Source: Holosporales bacterium
GTDB lineage: Bacteria; Pseudomonadota; Alphaproteobacteria; RUG11792
NCBI GenBank assembly: GCA_031268935.1
Contig: JAIRWL010000010.1
Location: 5,288-69,287 of the forward strand
Reading direction: 5' to 3'
DNA length: 64,000 nucleotides
Under the pieces are notes generated by a model. The model saw nothing but the letters and a program-made list of their open reading frames with translations. It made no database searches and was not told the origin of the DNA. Of this stretch, positions 1 to 10,500 are shown piece by piece. A program made the position numbers and the translations under genes. Within the stretch, counting starts at the first letter, position 1; every line of letters starts with the position of its first letter.

Positions 1-95
1 ACATCCGCCTACGAATCGTGCCTCTATCTTAGAATTTTCCAAAATAGAAAAAAGCAACCGAGTCTCCGGGAACTTGAGAAAATAAAAGTCGAATA

Positions 96-821
96 TCAAT
101 CCTTAATACCTAAGGCAAGCCTTTGCTTTGCGATTAACTCATCTCGGCCTTTTTTAGCATAACCTAACAAATGATTAAATTCATCTTCAGTAAATGGTCT
201 TTGTTCTCCACAAATCTGAATCTCGACGATACCTTCACCAGACATTACAAAATTCGCATCCACTTCGGCCTTCGAATCCTCGCTGTATTCGAGATCAAGG
301 AGAGGGATTTGATCGACGATTCCGCACGAGATCGCCACCAACTGACTCTTGATTGGATTTTCCAAAATCCTCCTGGATTTCAATAGTTTTTGGCAAGCGA
401 GAGATAAAGCAACAAAAGATCCGGTTATACTAGCCGTCCTTGTCCCGCCATCCGCTTGAATAACGTCGCAATCGATTTTGATTTGCCGTTCTCCGAGAAG
501 GAACAAATCGATGACCGATCTCAACGATCTGCCAATCAGACGCTGGATTTCGAGACTTCTGCCAGACTGTCTTCCCTTTGCTGCCTCCCGATCGGTTCGC
601 TCACCACAGGAGCATGGAAGCATCCCGTATTCCGCCGTAACCCAACCCGTTTTTGAATTTCGCAAAAATTGCGGGACCCTATCTTCAATGGTTGCCGCGC
701 AAATTACATGAGTATTTCCAAATTTAACGAAACAGGATCCATCTCCATACGAATAGTAATGAGGGATCAATGCAATGGGCCGAAAAGTGTCGTGCGCTCT
801 GTTGAGAGATCTCCTAAACAT
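96..821 (-). CDS. rph: Ribonuclease PH
   Basis: 241-aa ORF with RNase PH motifs in the translation (GSCFVKFGNTHVICA, TAEYGMLP, GRQSGRSLEIQRLIGRSLR, DCDVIQADGGTRTASITG). Confidence 0.9.
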   Translation of the reverse strand: MFRRSLNRAHDTFRPIALIPHYYSYGDGSCFVKFGNTHVICAATIEDRVPQFLRNSKTGWVTAEYGMLPCSCGERTDREAAKGRQSGRSLEIQRLIGRSLRSVIDLFLLGERQIKIDCDVIQADGGTRTASITGSFVALSLACQKLLKSRRILENPIKSQLVAISCGIVDQIPLLDLEYSEDSKAEVDANFVMSGEGIVEIQICGEQRPFTEDEFNHLLGYAKKGRDELIAKQRLALGIKD

Positions 822-990
822 TTTGTTGGCTCTAGAACGTTCTTACGAGGTTTGTGCTTAACGAAATCATACCATAAAAACCTCCGCCCCCTACATCGAA
901 ATTATTGCCAGAATTTTGCGCTTAATCTAGGCGTAAAACTCTGATATACTGCTCTCGCTTATTCAGGTTAGCGAAGGTTATTTTTTCCTA

Positions 991-3495
991 ATGTCGAAAG
1001 ATATTTATAATTTTAGAGAAGTAGAAAAGAAGTGGAATTCAGTTCTATGTGACTATACTCTTCCAAATTCTAAGATTTTGGAAAATCTTGTAAAGAAGTA
1101 TTACGTTCTGGTGATGCTACCGTATCCTTCCGGAAAATTACACATGGGACACATCAGAAATTACACGATAGGTGACGTTTTGGCTCGTTTCAAACGGATG
1201 GCAGGGTATTATGTAATTCATCCGATGGGCTGGGATTCATTTGGGATGCCAGCCGAAAATGCAGCGATGCAATCCGGTGGACATCCTAGAATCTGGACCG
1301 AATCTAATATCGAGTCGATGAAAGAGGTATTAAAACTCTTCGGCTATATGTACGATTGGCCGCGAGAAATCAGTACATGTAGCAAAACTTACTATACTCA
1401 AGAGCAGAAAATATTCCTTGATTTGTTCAAGAATGGGCTAATTTATAGAAAAGAATCTTATGTTAATTGGGATCCGGTAGATCAAACCGTTCTCGCCAAT
1501 GAACAGGTCATCGATGGTAAGGGATGGCGTTCTGGCGCCCTCGTCGAAAAAAAAGTTTTGGAACAGTGGTCGGTAAAAATCACATCCTATGCCGAGGAGC
1601 TTTTATCCTCCCTTAAGGATTTAGAAGGTCATTGGCCTGATAAAGTTATAAAAATGCAGGAAAATTGGATTGGCAAATCAGAGGGGGCTACCATTAACTT
1701 TCCGATCGTCGGCGAAGACAGAGTTATCCCGATTTTTACGACTCGCCCCGACACATTGTTTGGAGCCTCTTTCATTGCCATTTCTCCAGATCACGAGATA
1801 GCCGTAGAATTAGCAAAGAAAGATCCCAACGCCGCCGAATTCATTGCTCATTGCAGGAAAATGTCCACTACCGAAGAATCCATCGCAAGAGCTGAAAAAG
1901 AGGGATGGAAAACTCCTCTTGAGGTTGAGTTTTTTCTCAGGGAAGGAGGAAAGCTGCCAGTTTATATAGCGAATTTCGTTTTGATGGATTATGGAACGGG
2001 CGCTGTTTTCGGCTGCCCAGCTCATGATGAACGAGATTTCGAGTTCGCCAAGAAATACAATCTCCCCATTACGAGAGTGATCGATTCCGCTGAAGAGCTA
2101 CCATTTGCTGGTGATGGGATTCTCATTAATTCCGAATTTCTGAATGGAATGAACATTCAGGATGCAAAAGCCGCGATGATAAATCGCATCGAGGAAATTG
2201 GTGTCGGAGAAAGGAAGATCACGTACAGGCTGAGGGATTGGTTAATCTCGCGGCAAAGATATTGGGGGTGTCCGATCCCAATAATCCACTGTCCCGTATG
2301 CGGCATTGTTCCGGCCGAGATTCCTGTGATTTTGCCGGATGATGTGGCTATAGATGGAGTCGGCAATCCGCTCATGAGGCACGCGACTTGGAAAAATGTT
2401 AAATGTCCACAATGCGGCAAGGATGCGGTGAGAGATACAGATACTCTCGATACGTTTTTCGAATCATCGTGGTATTTCTTGAGGTATCTATGTCCAGACT
2501 GTAATGATCCTCTCGAAAGACGAATAGCCGATGCCGCGATGCCGGTAGATATCTGTATTGGAGGTGTGGAACACGCCGTCCTCCATCTTCTATATGCTCG
2601 ATTTTTCGTATTGGCTCTGAGGGACATGGGATATATATCGGCCGAAGTTCCATTCTCGAATCTCTTGGCCCAAGGAATGGTTTGTCACAAGTCGTACAAG
2701 AACTCGGAGGAAGAATGGCTTTATCCGGAAGAGGTGAACCGTGACAGTAATGGCAAGCTAATCGATAAGACTGGGAAAGAAGTCTTCGAGTTTGCGATGG
2801 AAAAAATGAGTAAATCCAAAAAAAATATTGTTGATCCTCAGTCTATTGTAAATTCTCACGGTGTCGATGCGACGCGACTGTTTATCGTTTCTGATACCCC
2901 ACCGGAAAAGGATTTTGATTGGAATACCGATGCTCTGGATGGATCGTGGCGATTCCTAAACAGAGTATGGAAAACATTTAATAAAATATTTGTAGAATCG
3001 CATGGATGCGAAAACGGGTCAGATTCTCTAATTAAGACGACGCATATTTATCTCAAAAAGATTTCAGAGATGTACAATTCGGTATCTCTAAATAAAGCGA
3101 GTGCTTTCGTTCGAGAATTTTTCAATGAAATCGAGGATGGATTGAAGACTGAAACGAACGAATCACTGCGATTCGCGTTTAAAAATTTTATCAAGGCATT
3201 TTCTCCAATTACTCCAAATATTTGCCACGAAATGTGGCAAATCAGCGGAGAAACGGATAAACCACTGCAAGAATCTGCATGGCCAGATATTGACGAAGAA
3301 TTGGCTACCATCAATATAATAACAATAGCGATTCAAGTTAATGGCAAATTACGCAGAACTTTTGAAGTAGAGAAAGATACGGCCGAATCAGAACTCGAAG
3401 CTAGAGCATTTGAATTGCTTGAAGATTCAATTCAACAATCCTTAATCAAGAAGGTTGTCACAATTAAAAACAGGGTCGTGAACATTGTGATTTGA
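991..3495 (+). CDS. leuS: Leucyl-tRNA synthetase
   Basis: 834-aa ORF with a class I HIGH-type motif (PYPSGKLHMGHIRNY) and KMSKS (MEKMSKSKKN). Length and layout are LeuRS-like. Confidence 0.95.
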   Translation: MSKDIYNFREVEKKWNSVLCDYTLPNSKILENLVKKYYVLVMLPYPSGKLHMGHIRNYTIGDVLARFKRMAGYYVIHPMGWDSFGMPAENAAMQSGGHPRIWTESNIESMKEVLKLFGYMYDWPREISTCSKTYYTQEQKIFLDLFKNGLIYRKESYVNWDPVDQTVLANEQVIDGKGWRSGALVEKKVLEQWSVKITSYAEELLSSLKDLEGHWPDKVIKMQENWIGKSEGATINFPIVGEDRVIPIFTTRPDTLFGASFIAISPDHEIAVELAKKDPNAAEFIAHCRKMSTTEESIARAEKEGWKTPLEVEFFLREGGKLPVYIANFVLMDYGTGAVFGCPAHDERDFEFAKKYNLPITRVIDSAEELPFAGDGILINSEFLNGMNIQDAKAAMINRIEEIGVGERKITYRLRDWLISRQRYWGCPIPIIHCPVCGIVPAEIPVILPDDVAIDGVGNPLMRHATWKNVKCPQCGKDAVRDTDTLDTFFESSWYFLRYLCPDCNDPLERRIADAAMPVDICIGGVEHAVLHLLYARFFVLALRDMGYISAEVPFSNLLAQGMVCHKSYKNSEEEWLYPEEVNRDSNGKLIDKTGKEVFEFAMEKMSKSKKNIVDPQSIVNSHGVDATRLFIVSDTPPEKDFDWNTDALDGSWRFLNRVWKTFNKIFVESHGCENGSDSLIKTTHIYLKKISEMYNSVSLNKASAFVREFFNEIEDGLKTETNESLRFAFKNFIKAFSPITPNICHEMWQISGETDKPLQESAWPDIDEELATINIITIAIQVNGKLRRTFEVEKDTAESELEARAFELLEDSIQQSLIKKVVTIKNRVVNIVI

Positions 3496-3511
3496 GGAAA
3501 AAGATGGTACA

Positions 3512-4183
3512 ATGAAATATATTAATAAATTAAAGGTATGTTTTTGCATGCGATTGTTCAAACGCTTCCTTTGCCCAATGGTGGCATTCTTCATGTCCAT
3601 GTTCGTTACGGAATCTTATCTCGAGAGGAGCTTGGCTTCATCGGCAACAAAAACCTCTTCGAAACCTCCAAGCTCAGACGAGGCAGAACGAGTAGATCGA
3701 GTTGTCAGGAAGGCTTATGGTTTGCTACAGAGAGGAGGTGATGCTGCAACGGAAAATGAGCTCATGCTACTACTTAATGGACAAGCCATTGCGCAGAAGT
3801 GCCTCCGCTGCACTGGTGAACTTCCCCAAGAAATCGTAGCTTCATTTACGATAGCACTATGCCACAAATTGATGAGTAAATGGGAGGCCCTTGCGGCGCA
3901 GTTCAGGGATTATGAAGTAAGCAAGATTGCTGTCGTGGGTAATCCTGATGGTGGATTTACCGCTATCGTTACTCTAAGTGGACACGAGACGGTAGAGGTC
4001 AATGTGTTTTTCGATCAAAAATTATCGATTATGGATATTGAAGTAGCGGGAATAAAGGTTGTGAGTTGGATTTTGGAAGCAGTTAAGCAGGACGTCTCTA
4101 GGAGCAAATTACCTCATGGGACTCCGGAAGAGGCAATAGTTTCCATTACCAAGGTCCTCACCAATGGCGAAACTAGCAAATAG
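3512..4183 (+). CDS. Hypothetical exported protein, tentatively MlaC/Ttg2D-like lipid-binding
   Basis: 223-aa ORF with a hydrophobic N-terminus. The C-terminal pattern (IMDIEVAGIKVVSW) resembles the MlaC family by eye only. The start may be a downstream Met. Confidence 0.35.
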   Translation: MKYINKLKVCFCMRLFKRFLCPMVAFFMSMFVTESYLERSLASSATKTSSKPPSSDEAERVDRVVRKAYGLLQRGGDAATENELMLLLNGQAIAQKCLRCTGELPQEIVASFTIALCHKLMSKWEALAAQFRDYEVSKIAVVGNPDGGFTAIVTLSGHETVEVNVFFDQKLSIMDIEVAGIKVVSWILEAVKQDVSRSKLPHGTPEEAIVSITKVLTNGETSK

Positions 4184-4189
4184 GAATCG

Positions 4190-4765
4190 ATGGATAAGCT
4201 AAACGGAGAGTTTAAGTATGATACCGAGTCTGGATGGGTTGCCATTCAGTACGTCGAAGGGCTTAAACATGGGGTGACGAGATTCTTTGATAAGTCTTCA
4301 GGATTGGTATTATCAGAAATTACCTACTTCAATGATGTGATAGATGGAGAAGTTAAGCAATACTATCCGAATGGGGCCATTTTATCGATCATTACCTACA
4401 AAACTGGGATTCAGAACGGGCCTTTCATATCGTACTACGAAAACGGGATGAAACAATTGGAATCATATTACGTTAATGGCAAACAAGATGGAGTCGTCAT
4501 TACGTACGATGAATTCGGCGATAAAATCACAGAAAGTCCGTATCATAATGGCGTGAAACACGGGAAAAACATAGTATATTATCCAAAAATCTACGGTGGC
4601 GGAATATTCGAGTTATCGTACTACGAATCTGGCAACCTGAGAGGCGATAAGGTAACCTTCTATGATACCGGAGAAGTTATGACGATAACCCCATACATAT
4701 GCGGAAAGGCTCAGCAATACACCAAAAATTACGCCAAGAACGGTGAGGAACTGCGATCTCCATAG
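4190..4765 (+). CDS. MORN-repeat variant (YwqK-like) protein
   Basis: 191-aa ORF with repeated Y-Y-x-N-G-x-K/L-x-x-E units (YYPNGAILSIITY, YYENGMKQLESYY, VNGKQDGVVITY, HNGVKHGKNIVYY). Confidence 0.6.
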   Translation: MDKLNGEFKYDTESGWVAIQYVEGLKHGVTRFFDKSSGLVLSEITYFNDVIDGEVKQYYPNGAILSIITYKTGIQNGPFISYYENGMKQLESYYVNGKQDGVVITYDEFGDKITESPYHNGVKHGKNIVYYPKIYGGGIFELSYYESGNLRGDKVTFYDTGEVMTITPYICGKAQQYTKNYAKNGEELRSP

Positions 4766-4778
4766 AATTTCCAGGGGC

Positions 4779-5285
4779 TTACTCAGCCGCTACCTCTTCC
4801 GCATTCTCGGAATCCTGTTGCTCCTGCGGAATGGATTGCTCCTGAGCCGTCATGACTCTCACGGATATTTCGGCAACCACCTCCGGATGAAGAATAATTT
4901 CAATTCTATGTGTTCCAACAGTTTTTATCGGTAAACCGACTTTAATCTGCGATTTATTAGTGATAAATCCCTGAGAGGACAACTCGGATGCAATGTCGAA
5001 TGCCCGCACAGATCCGAACAAAAATCCAGATTCACTAGCTTGACGAATAATTACGATCGAGACATCAGTCAATTTCTCGGCAACAATCTCGGCCTCTTTC
5101 TTCAGTTTAAGATTGCTGGCCTCAATATCGGCCTTTCTCGAAGAAAAGAATTCTAAATTGGCCGAGGTGGCCCTCAACGCCTTCTTTAGTGGTAACAAAA
5201 AATTCCTCGCATATCCGGGCTTTACGGTCACAACATCACCAATGAAACCTAGCTTCGGAACTCTTTCCAACAAAACGATTCGCAT
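4779..5285 (-). CDS. rplI: 50S ribosomal protein L9 with acidic C-terminal tail
   Basis: N-terminus MRIVLLERVPKLGFIGDVVTVKPGYARNFLLP is canonical L9. There is an extra Gln/Glu-rich tail (QEQSIPQEQQDSENAEEVAAE). Confidence 0.9.
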   Translation of the reverse strand: MRIVLLERVPKLGFIGDVVTVKPGYARNFLLPLKKALRATSANLEFFSSRKADIEASNLKLKKEAEIVAEKLTDVSIVIIRQASESGFLFGSVRAFDIASELSSQGFITNKSQIKVGLPIKTVGTHRIEIILHPEVVAEISVRVMTAQEQSIPQEQQDSENAEEVAAE

Positions 5286-5573
5286 TTCGAAACATCCTCT
5301 GTATAATTTTGAGTCAATTAAACTGCAGTCAGATCCTTCAGGATCGTATCATGAATCCGGGTTAAAGTCGAGAAAAACAAACGGCTAGATTCTCGCACGT
5401 GAGCAGAAGCGGAGGGGAGCATGCTAAGCAGTCCCCAGTAAGGCGAGATTGAGGTAGGAAATAGAGGAGCTATGAGGCAGCCTCCAAAGTTATGCCCTTT
5501 TAAGTATGTCATATAAAATATTCTTGCCTTCGTAACTTGAGCTCCGTATCAGGTTATCTTTACAACCCAAGTC

Positions 5574-6938
5574 TTACTGCCCATTTCCTATGTATCTGAA
5601 GTTTTTCGGATAGGTCTCGGTGTACAGATTGCACATATCCATCAAAATTGGGGGATCTCCTGATCGTTTATTCATGAGTTCTGCGACCTTTTCAAAATCA
5701 ATGCTCAAGAAATTGGACCAATTCGTCATGACGACGATCATATCACTTTGCTCGGCGGCCTCGTATGGCGATTCTGCCAAATGAAACCTCGAATCACTTA
5801 GTGATTCTTTTGAGATTATTCTGCTCGTATTGGGAGAATTTGGTGGAAGGGAAGGATCATAAGCCGAAACGAAAATTTTGTTTTTCAGCATTTCTTGAAC
5901 GAGCATCATACTAGGAGATTCGCATAGATCATTTGTATTTGGCTTGTGAGCCAGTCCAAGAATCGCCAACTTTTTATTATTACACAATCCGAATTCGTCG
6001 ATAAATCTCTTAAGGATTTTTTCGGAGATATTCTTGATTCTTGTCGTATTACTTTCCAGGACCGTCTGCATGATGCGAAATTCTAGGCCCAATATGCAAG
6101 CCGTACGAATGATGCCCCTCATCAAAGCCGGAGGTGAACGACCACCAAATCCTGGAGTCACTTGAAGTAGATTCAACCCAATGTCGGGATCCAGCCCCGT
6201 ACCAAGTATCAATTGCCCTACATTTGCTCCAGATTTCTCGCACAAATCCACGAACTCGTTAATAAGTGCAGTTTTTGTGACGATGAAAGCCATGGAAGCA
6301 TATTTAATAAGTTCTGCCGTTTCATGATTAGTGTAAATGACTGGTATTCCAGTTGATATTATTGTCGAATAAAGTTTAACGATCATATCTTCGGCTTTTC
6401 TTGAATCCTGATCGAGACCGATTACTAATCTAGACGGCGTGATGAAATCGTGCATTGCATAGCCTTCTCTCAAAAAATCCGGATTTATGACAACATCGTA
6501 GTGCTCTCCTAGAGTTAAATCCCGGCGTAGAAATTGCATATTTTTTTTGATAATGGAACAAGCTCCAACGGTAGTTACTGTCTTTATGAGAATTACCGTA
6601 TAGCGAGTTTTGCTCAATAGAGGAGATATCTTCCTGATTACCTCGTGAACAGATTCGTCCTGATCTTCTTTGGTAGTAGGACCAATTGCAATGACGAAGA
6701 TATCGGGATTCTCATGAGTTTGATTGAGATCACCCGCACATCTCAATCTGCCATTGTCTTGATGATTTTTCAGAGTTGCACTGAGACTAGGTTCATATAC
6801 CGACACGATATTATTTTTCAAATCTCGCAAGATCAACGGATCGCTTTCTACAATATTTACAGAAAATCCGAATTCACAAAAACACACTCCCGACAGGACA
6901 CCAATGTATCCACCCCCGATGATCGTAATTTTCAGCAT
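5574..6938 (-). CDS. ugd: UDP-glucose/GDP-mannose 6-dehydrogenase family protein
   Basis: 454-aa ORF with an N-terminal Rossmann motif (ITIIGGGYIGVLSGVCF) and family-typical length. The exact substrate is not determinable. Confidence 0.8.
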   Translation of the reverse strand: MLKITIIGGGYIGVLSGVCFCEFGFSVNIVESDPLILRDLKNNIVSVYEPSLSATLKNHQDNGRLRCAGDLNQTHENPDIFVIAIGPTTKEDQDESVHEVIRKISPLLSKTRYTVILIKTVTTVGACSIIKKNMQFLRRDLTLGEHYDVVINPDFLREGYAMHDFITPSRLVIGLDQDSRKAEDMIVKLYSTIISTGIPVIYTNHETAELIKYASMAFIVTKTALINEFVDLCEKSGANVGQLILGTGLDPDIGLNLLQVTPGFGGRSPPALMRGIIRTACILGLEFRIMQTVLESNTTRIKNISEKILKRFIDEFGLCNNKKLAILGLAHKPNTNDLCESPSMMLVQEMLKNKIFVSAYDPSLPPNSPNTSRIISKESLSDSRFHLAESPYEAAEQSDMIVVMTNWSNFLSIDFEKVAELMNKRSGDPPILMDMCNLYTETYPKNFRYIGNGQ

Positions 6939-7033
6939 GGCCCCAATCTCAAGTGAAAAAGCTTGATAATGGTATATGCAATCAACTTGCTAAATCAAGG
7001 CTTTTTGCGTGATATTATGTCATCTCATGTGGT

Positions 7034-7135
7034 TGTATATTATTTAAAATTTTTTGGGATAATTATTGCTTTGAGAAAATTTCTCCGATTTGCCAAGATA
7101 TTTTTATACCCTACGTAGATTTGAATTGGAGCAAT
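7034..7135 (+). repeat. Conserved 5' leader/promoter region of the small HTH gene cassette (copy 1; copy 2 at 39273-39381)
   Basis: Near-identical stretch in both copies (aaaattttttggga-a/t-tattattg-ttttgagaaa...ccgatttgccaagatatttttatac-ctacgtaga-ttgaatt). Confidence 0.7.
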
Positions 7136-7372
7136 ATGAAAAATGAACTTATGCTTGAGAGACAGCAATTCTCAGACATTGATGGCTTGCTCAGCAAGCA
7201 CAAACGGCGCAATGCATGGACAAAAGCTGAATTGGAAATTCTTAGGAGAGGTTTTTTGAGTGGTAAAAGAATTAAGACGATCGCTTATGAAATTGGCAGA
7301 TCAGAAACGGCCGTTCATAAATTCCTCAGTCGCTCCGGAATTCACCGGGCCAATAAAATACGCACACAATAA
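7136..7372 (+). CDS. Small GcrA/Myb-like HTH protein (paralog of 39382-39618)
   Basis: About 78 aa from the ATG at 7136. WTKAELEILRRGFLSGKRIKTIAYEIGRSETAVHKFLSRSGI resembles the GcrA N-terminal DNA-binding pattern (W-T-x-E-x-x-x-L...IA..LG.T.NAV..K..R.G). A clear paralog with a shared upstream region lies at 39.3 kb. Confidence 0.6.
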   Translation: MKNELMLERQQFSDIDGLLSKHKRRNAWTKAELEILRRGFLSGKRIKTIAYEIGRSETAVHKFLSRSGIHRANKIRTQ

Positions 7373-7596
7373 CAGAAAGCAAATTCAAAGCACTTCGAAT
7401 TGGTATCGAGATGATGAGGGAAGATTATGAGAAATTAAACTAAGCCTGCGCGCGATGTTCATCAGCTCTCCACGGCAGGTTTTCCGAGGCTGCGACAAGG
7501 TCCGACACCACCGGGGAGGAGTCCTGCCCCCTCGGCCCCGACTCTATGCTCCCCGGGGTTGGAGGGAGCCGGGATCTCTCCCTCCTCCCCTCCCAT

Positions 7597-10500
7597 TCAA
7601 GCCTTTTTTCCTGCACCTGCCGCTTCTCCCTCCTCTTCTTCCTCATCCTCGCCGTCCGAGGGAACCTGGATTGATTCGATTGTGGCCGTGATCTCTTCCA
7701 GCTTCGGAGCTATAGATTCGGCATATTCCAGAACCTCACCGAACTCAGCGTTTTGACTTGTGTATTCGACTATAGCATTTATTGCTTGCGCTGTTGCGAT
7801 ACCCTCACTAATCCCTTTCCTCAAATACTCATCGATGGGGATGACGAAAGGACCTCCTCTCTTTTGCCAATCTTCTAAGCTCTCCTGAAAAGACTGCGCA
7901 GCATAAGCAGTCAAGAGTGCCTTGTCTTTGGCCCCACTCCCGAGATACTTATACCTCTCACTCGTGAATGGCCAGCTCCCCATCTCCAAAATTGCTGGGT
8001 CTGTCACAGTGTCCTCCTCCGCGGACCTATCCTTCTGCCTAGACTTGCGGATCTCCCGGAACGAACTGCGTGACCACTCGTGCAGGTTAGCGACCATATC
8101 TGTCGTTATAGCTAGTTGCTTCAATGCGACTTCTAAACCAACGTATTCGGTCAACTCCATTCCTCCCAGCTCGCTGTCCGGTTCCTGCTGTGGAAGCCCC
8201 GCCAATATATCCTTCAGACTGAGGACTATCCTGATAGCTCTCTCCGCGACTTGGTCCATTAAGCTCGTCCCAAAACGTTCATGGAAGTCATAGGTTTTCA
8301 TAAAACTCTCCATGGTCTCCAGCCTGTTCTTCTGTATTTCTTCGGCTTTCTTTTCCCGAGAAATTTTCTGTAATCTATTGAGAGCTAGAGCTCTGTCACT
8401 CACCCATTGCATATACCTACTGTCTTCCCCGGACAGTTCTATCCTTAGCTCCTCGGACACGTCCGACCAATTCTCTAAGGCAGTCTGCAATCGGCGTTCG
8501 ACCCATGCAACCGTGTCTCGCTCCGGAGAATCTTCAGCAAGGAGCGACCTAAAATTCTCCTCATCAGCTGTTAAGGCCCCTTCCTTGTCGGCCAGGTATT
8601 CTCTTAACCCCCGGAGCCCTTTCTGTATTTCTATTACGACTCTCAAAGGACCTTCAACTAAAGTGACGTATTCAGACCAAGGTAAGGACGAGGACTCCGT
8701 GCTCCCGGATGGGACTCTTGATAGCAATTCTTCCATATCGGCTGAAATTCTGCCCGCCCGGTCGTAGAGCTCTTCCTCGGGATCCTCCTTACATCTGATA
8801 TCCATGATCTCCTCTGTAAGCTGGGCGATGATCCTTTGCCTTACCAGCTCTAATTCTAACCGAGCAATGCAAAGGGAATCATTTTCGATCTCCATGATGC
8901 GCTTTTGTTTCTCCTCCTGTGATTCTGCCAGTTCAATTTCGATCTGCTTGAGGAGCTTTTGGTTCTCCGCCTGCAATTTTGCCAGTTCATTCATCAGAGC
9001 AGTTTCTGCTTCCGGGGATACTACAAAATCCTCACCGTCCCCTGCTCCTTGAGCCCTTCCTTGGCCTGGTTGATGCATCAAATCATTCATCTTTCGCAGA
9101 GATTGTTCCCAAGATTTCGCTCGTTCCATTACATTACGCAGCCTTTCTCTGAGGTCGGTACTTAACTTTCCCTGCCCTCTACGTCGTTTGTGCTCCGACT
9201 GAATAAACTTCCGGAGATCCTGCTCGAGCTGATCTAACTTTGCTGCCCCCCGCTCAGCTACCCGCACTCTCTTTGTAAAATCCTCCTTAGGAACTCGCCC
9301 CTCTAGCTCCTGCTGCATCTGATCATCCTGGAATGATTCCAAAACCTTCTTGAAGGCCAACAACGGACTTTCGAATCCGACGACTACCCATTGCCAACCC
9401 GACATTCGGTCGTCCCCTAAACTTTCCCCTATCTTCGAATGTACCTGTTCGGCTATCTCTGCCATCGTTTCCAAGCCTCTCTCTTTACGGGCCCACAAGT
9501 CATGTACCCGTAAGAGGTCCTCCCATTCCTGGTCATTTGAGAGGGACGGCCCCTCCGGGAGGTATTCCATTCTCCTTCGTAAATGGGCAAATACTTCTTC
9601 TAACTCCCTCAATCTCAACTTGGCTTCCTCCAACAGGTCCGGGACTTGCTCTGCTCTGACACCTTCCCCGGCTAGTAAGGTTCCCTTGTATGCCTGCTCC
9701 AAAGCTTTTTTAGTTAATTCGATTCGTCTGCCTACCCCTGCTCCGAATCTCCCTCTGAAGGTGCGGTTGCCTCCCTGCCACTTATCCATATTCCGAGCGG
9801 CCCGCTCTTGCGTGTCCAGGCGGGCTAGAAATTCTTGGATCTGAGACAACAATCTTGCCTGTATCCGTGGAAATCTGGAAGGGACTACTCCCGCTGGTTC
9901 GATCCCTTGGCCACCCGAAGCAATCTGCTCCTGCAACACCCGGAATTCTGCCTCCATCCTCCCGCATTCGGCTTGCAAGCTTGCTGCCCGTTCTAATAAA
10001 GCTCTCTTGGTTAGATATGTTCCTCGGAAATTCGGGACCCACCGAGCGAATTTTTCCCGCAATTCCCCATATCCCCACTTTCCTTTCTCGGCTATCTCTT
10101 CGATTAGTCTCCAGACCGGAACAACCCTTGAAAGGGCCGCCCCGACGATGCTCCTCAATCTCGGCGCTTGAGCCTGAAGCGATGCCTTGGTCCGCCCTAG
10201 CTCTGCCCGAAGGGCGATCTGCTCGAGTTCTTTGGTTGCCTCGATGGCCTCGCGCACCTGCTCTTGGAGGCCCTCTGTGAAGTCTTGCCAAGTCGAGAGG
10301 AGCCTATCCCCTTCAGGGGCCCCTCTAAGCCTGACTACAGAACTCTCGGATAGTTGAGGAATCAGCCTGGCTAGGACGGTCAATGGAAGTTCTGCCCTGC
10401 TCACCAATTCTGAAAATCCCCAAGCCTCTAAATCCTCCCGCCCACGCAGTAAACGCCCCGCCTCCTCCAAGCTGCTCACGGCCGCCACTATTTCGTCACC

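Noticed and set aside
2157-2653. Minus-strand ORFs of 156 aa and 84 aa inside leuS.
   Set aside because: They are fully embedded antisense to a confidently identified essential gene and have no recognisable motifs.
7561-7585. A perfect 8-bp GC hairpin (ggagggag-ccgggatct-ctccctcc) 12 nt downstream of the stop of the 1046-aa gene, considered as an intrinsic terminator.
   Set aside because: On the coding (minus) strand no U-tract follows it. On the plus strand the T-run lies inside the converging ORF. This is not enough for a terminator call.
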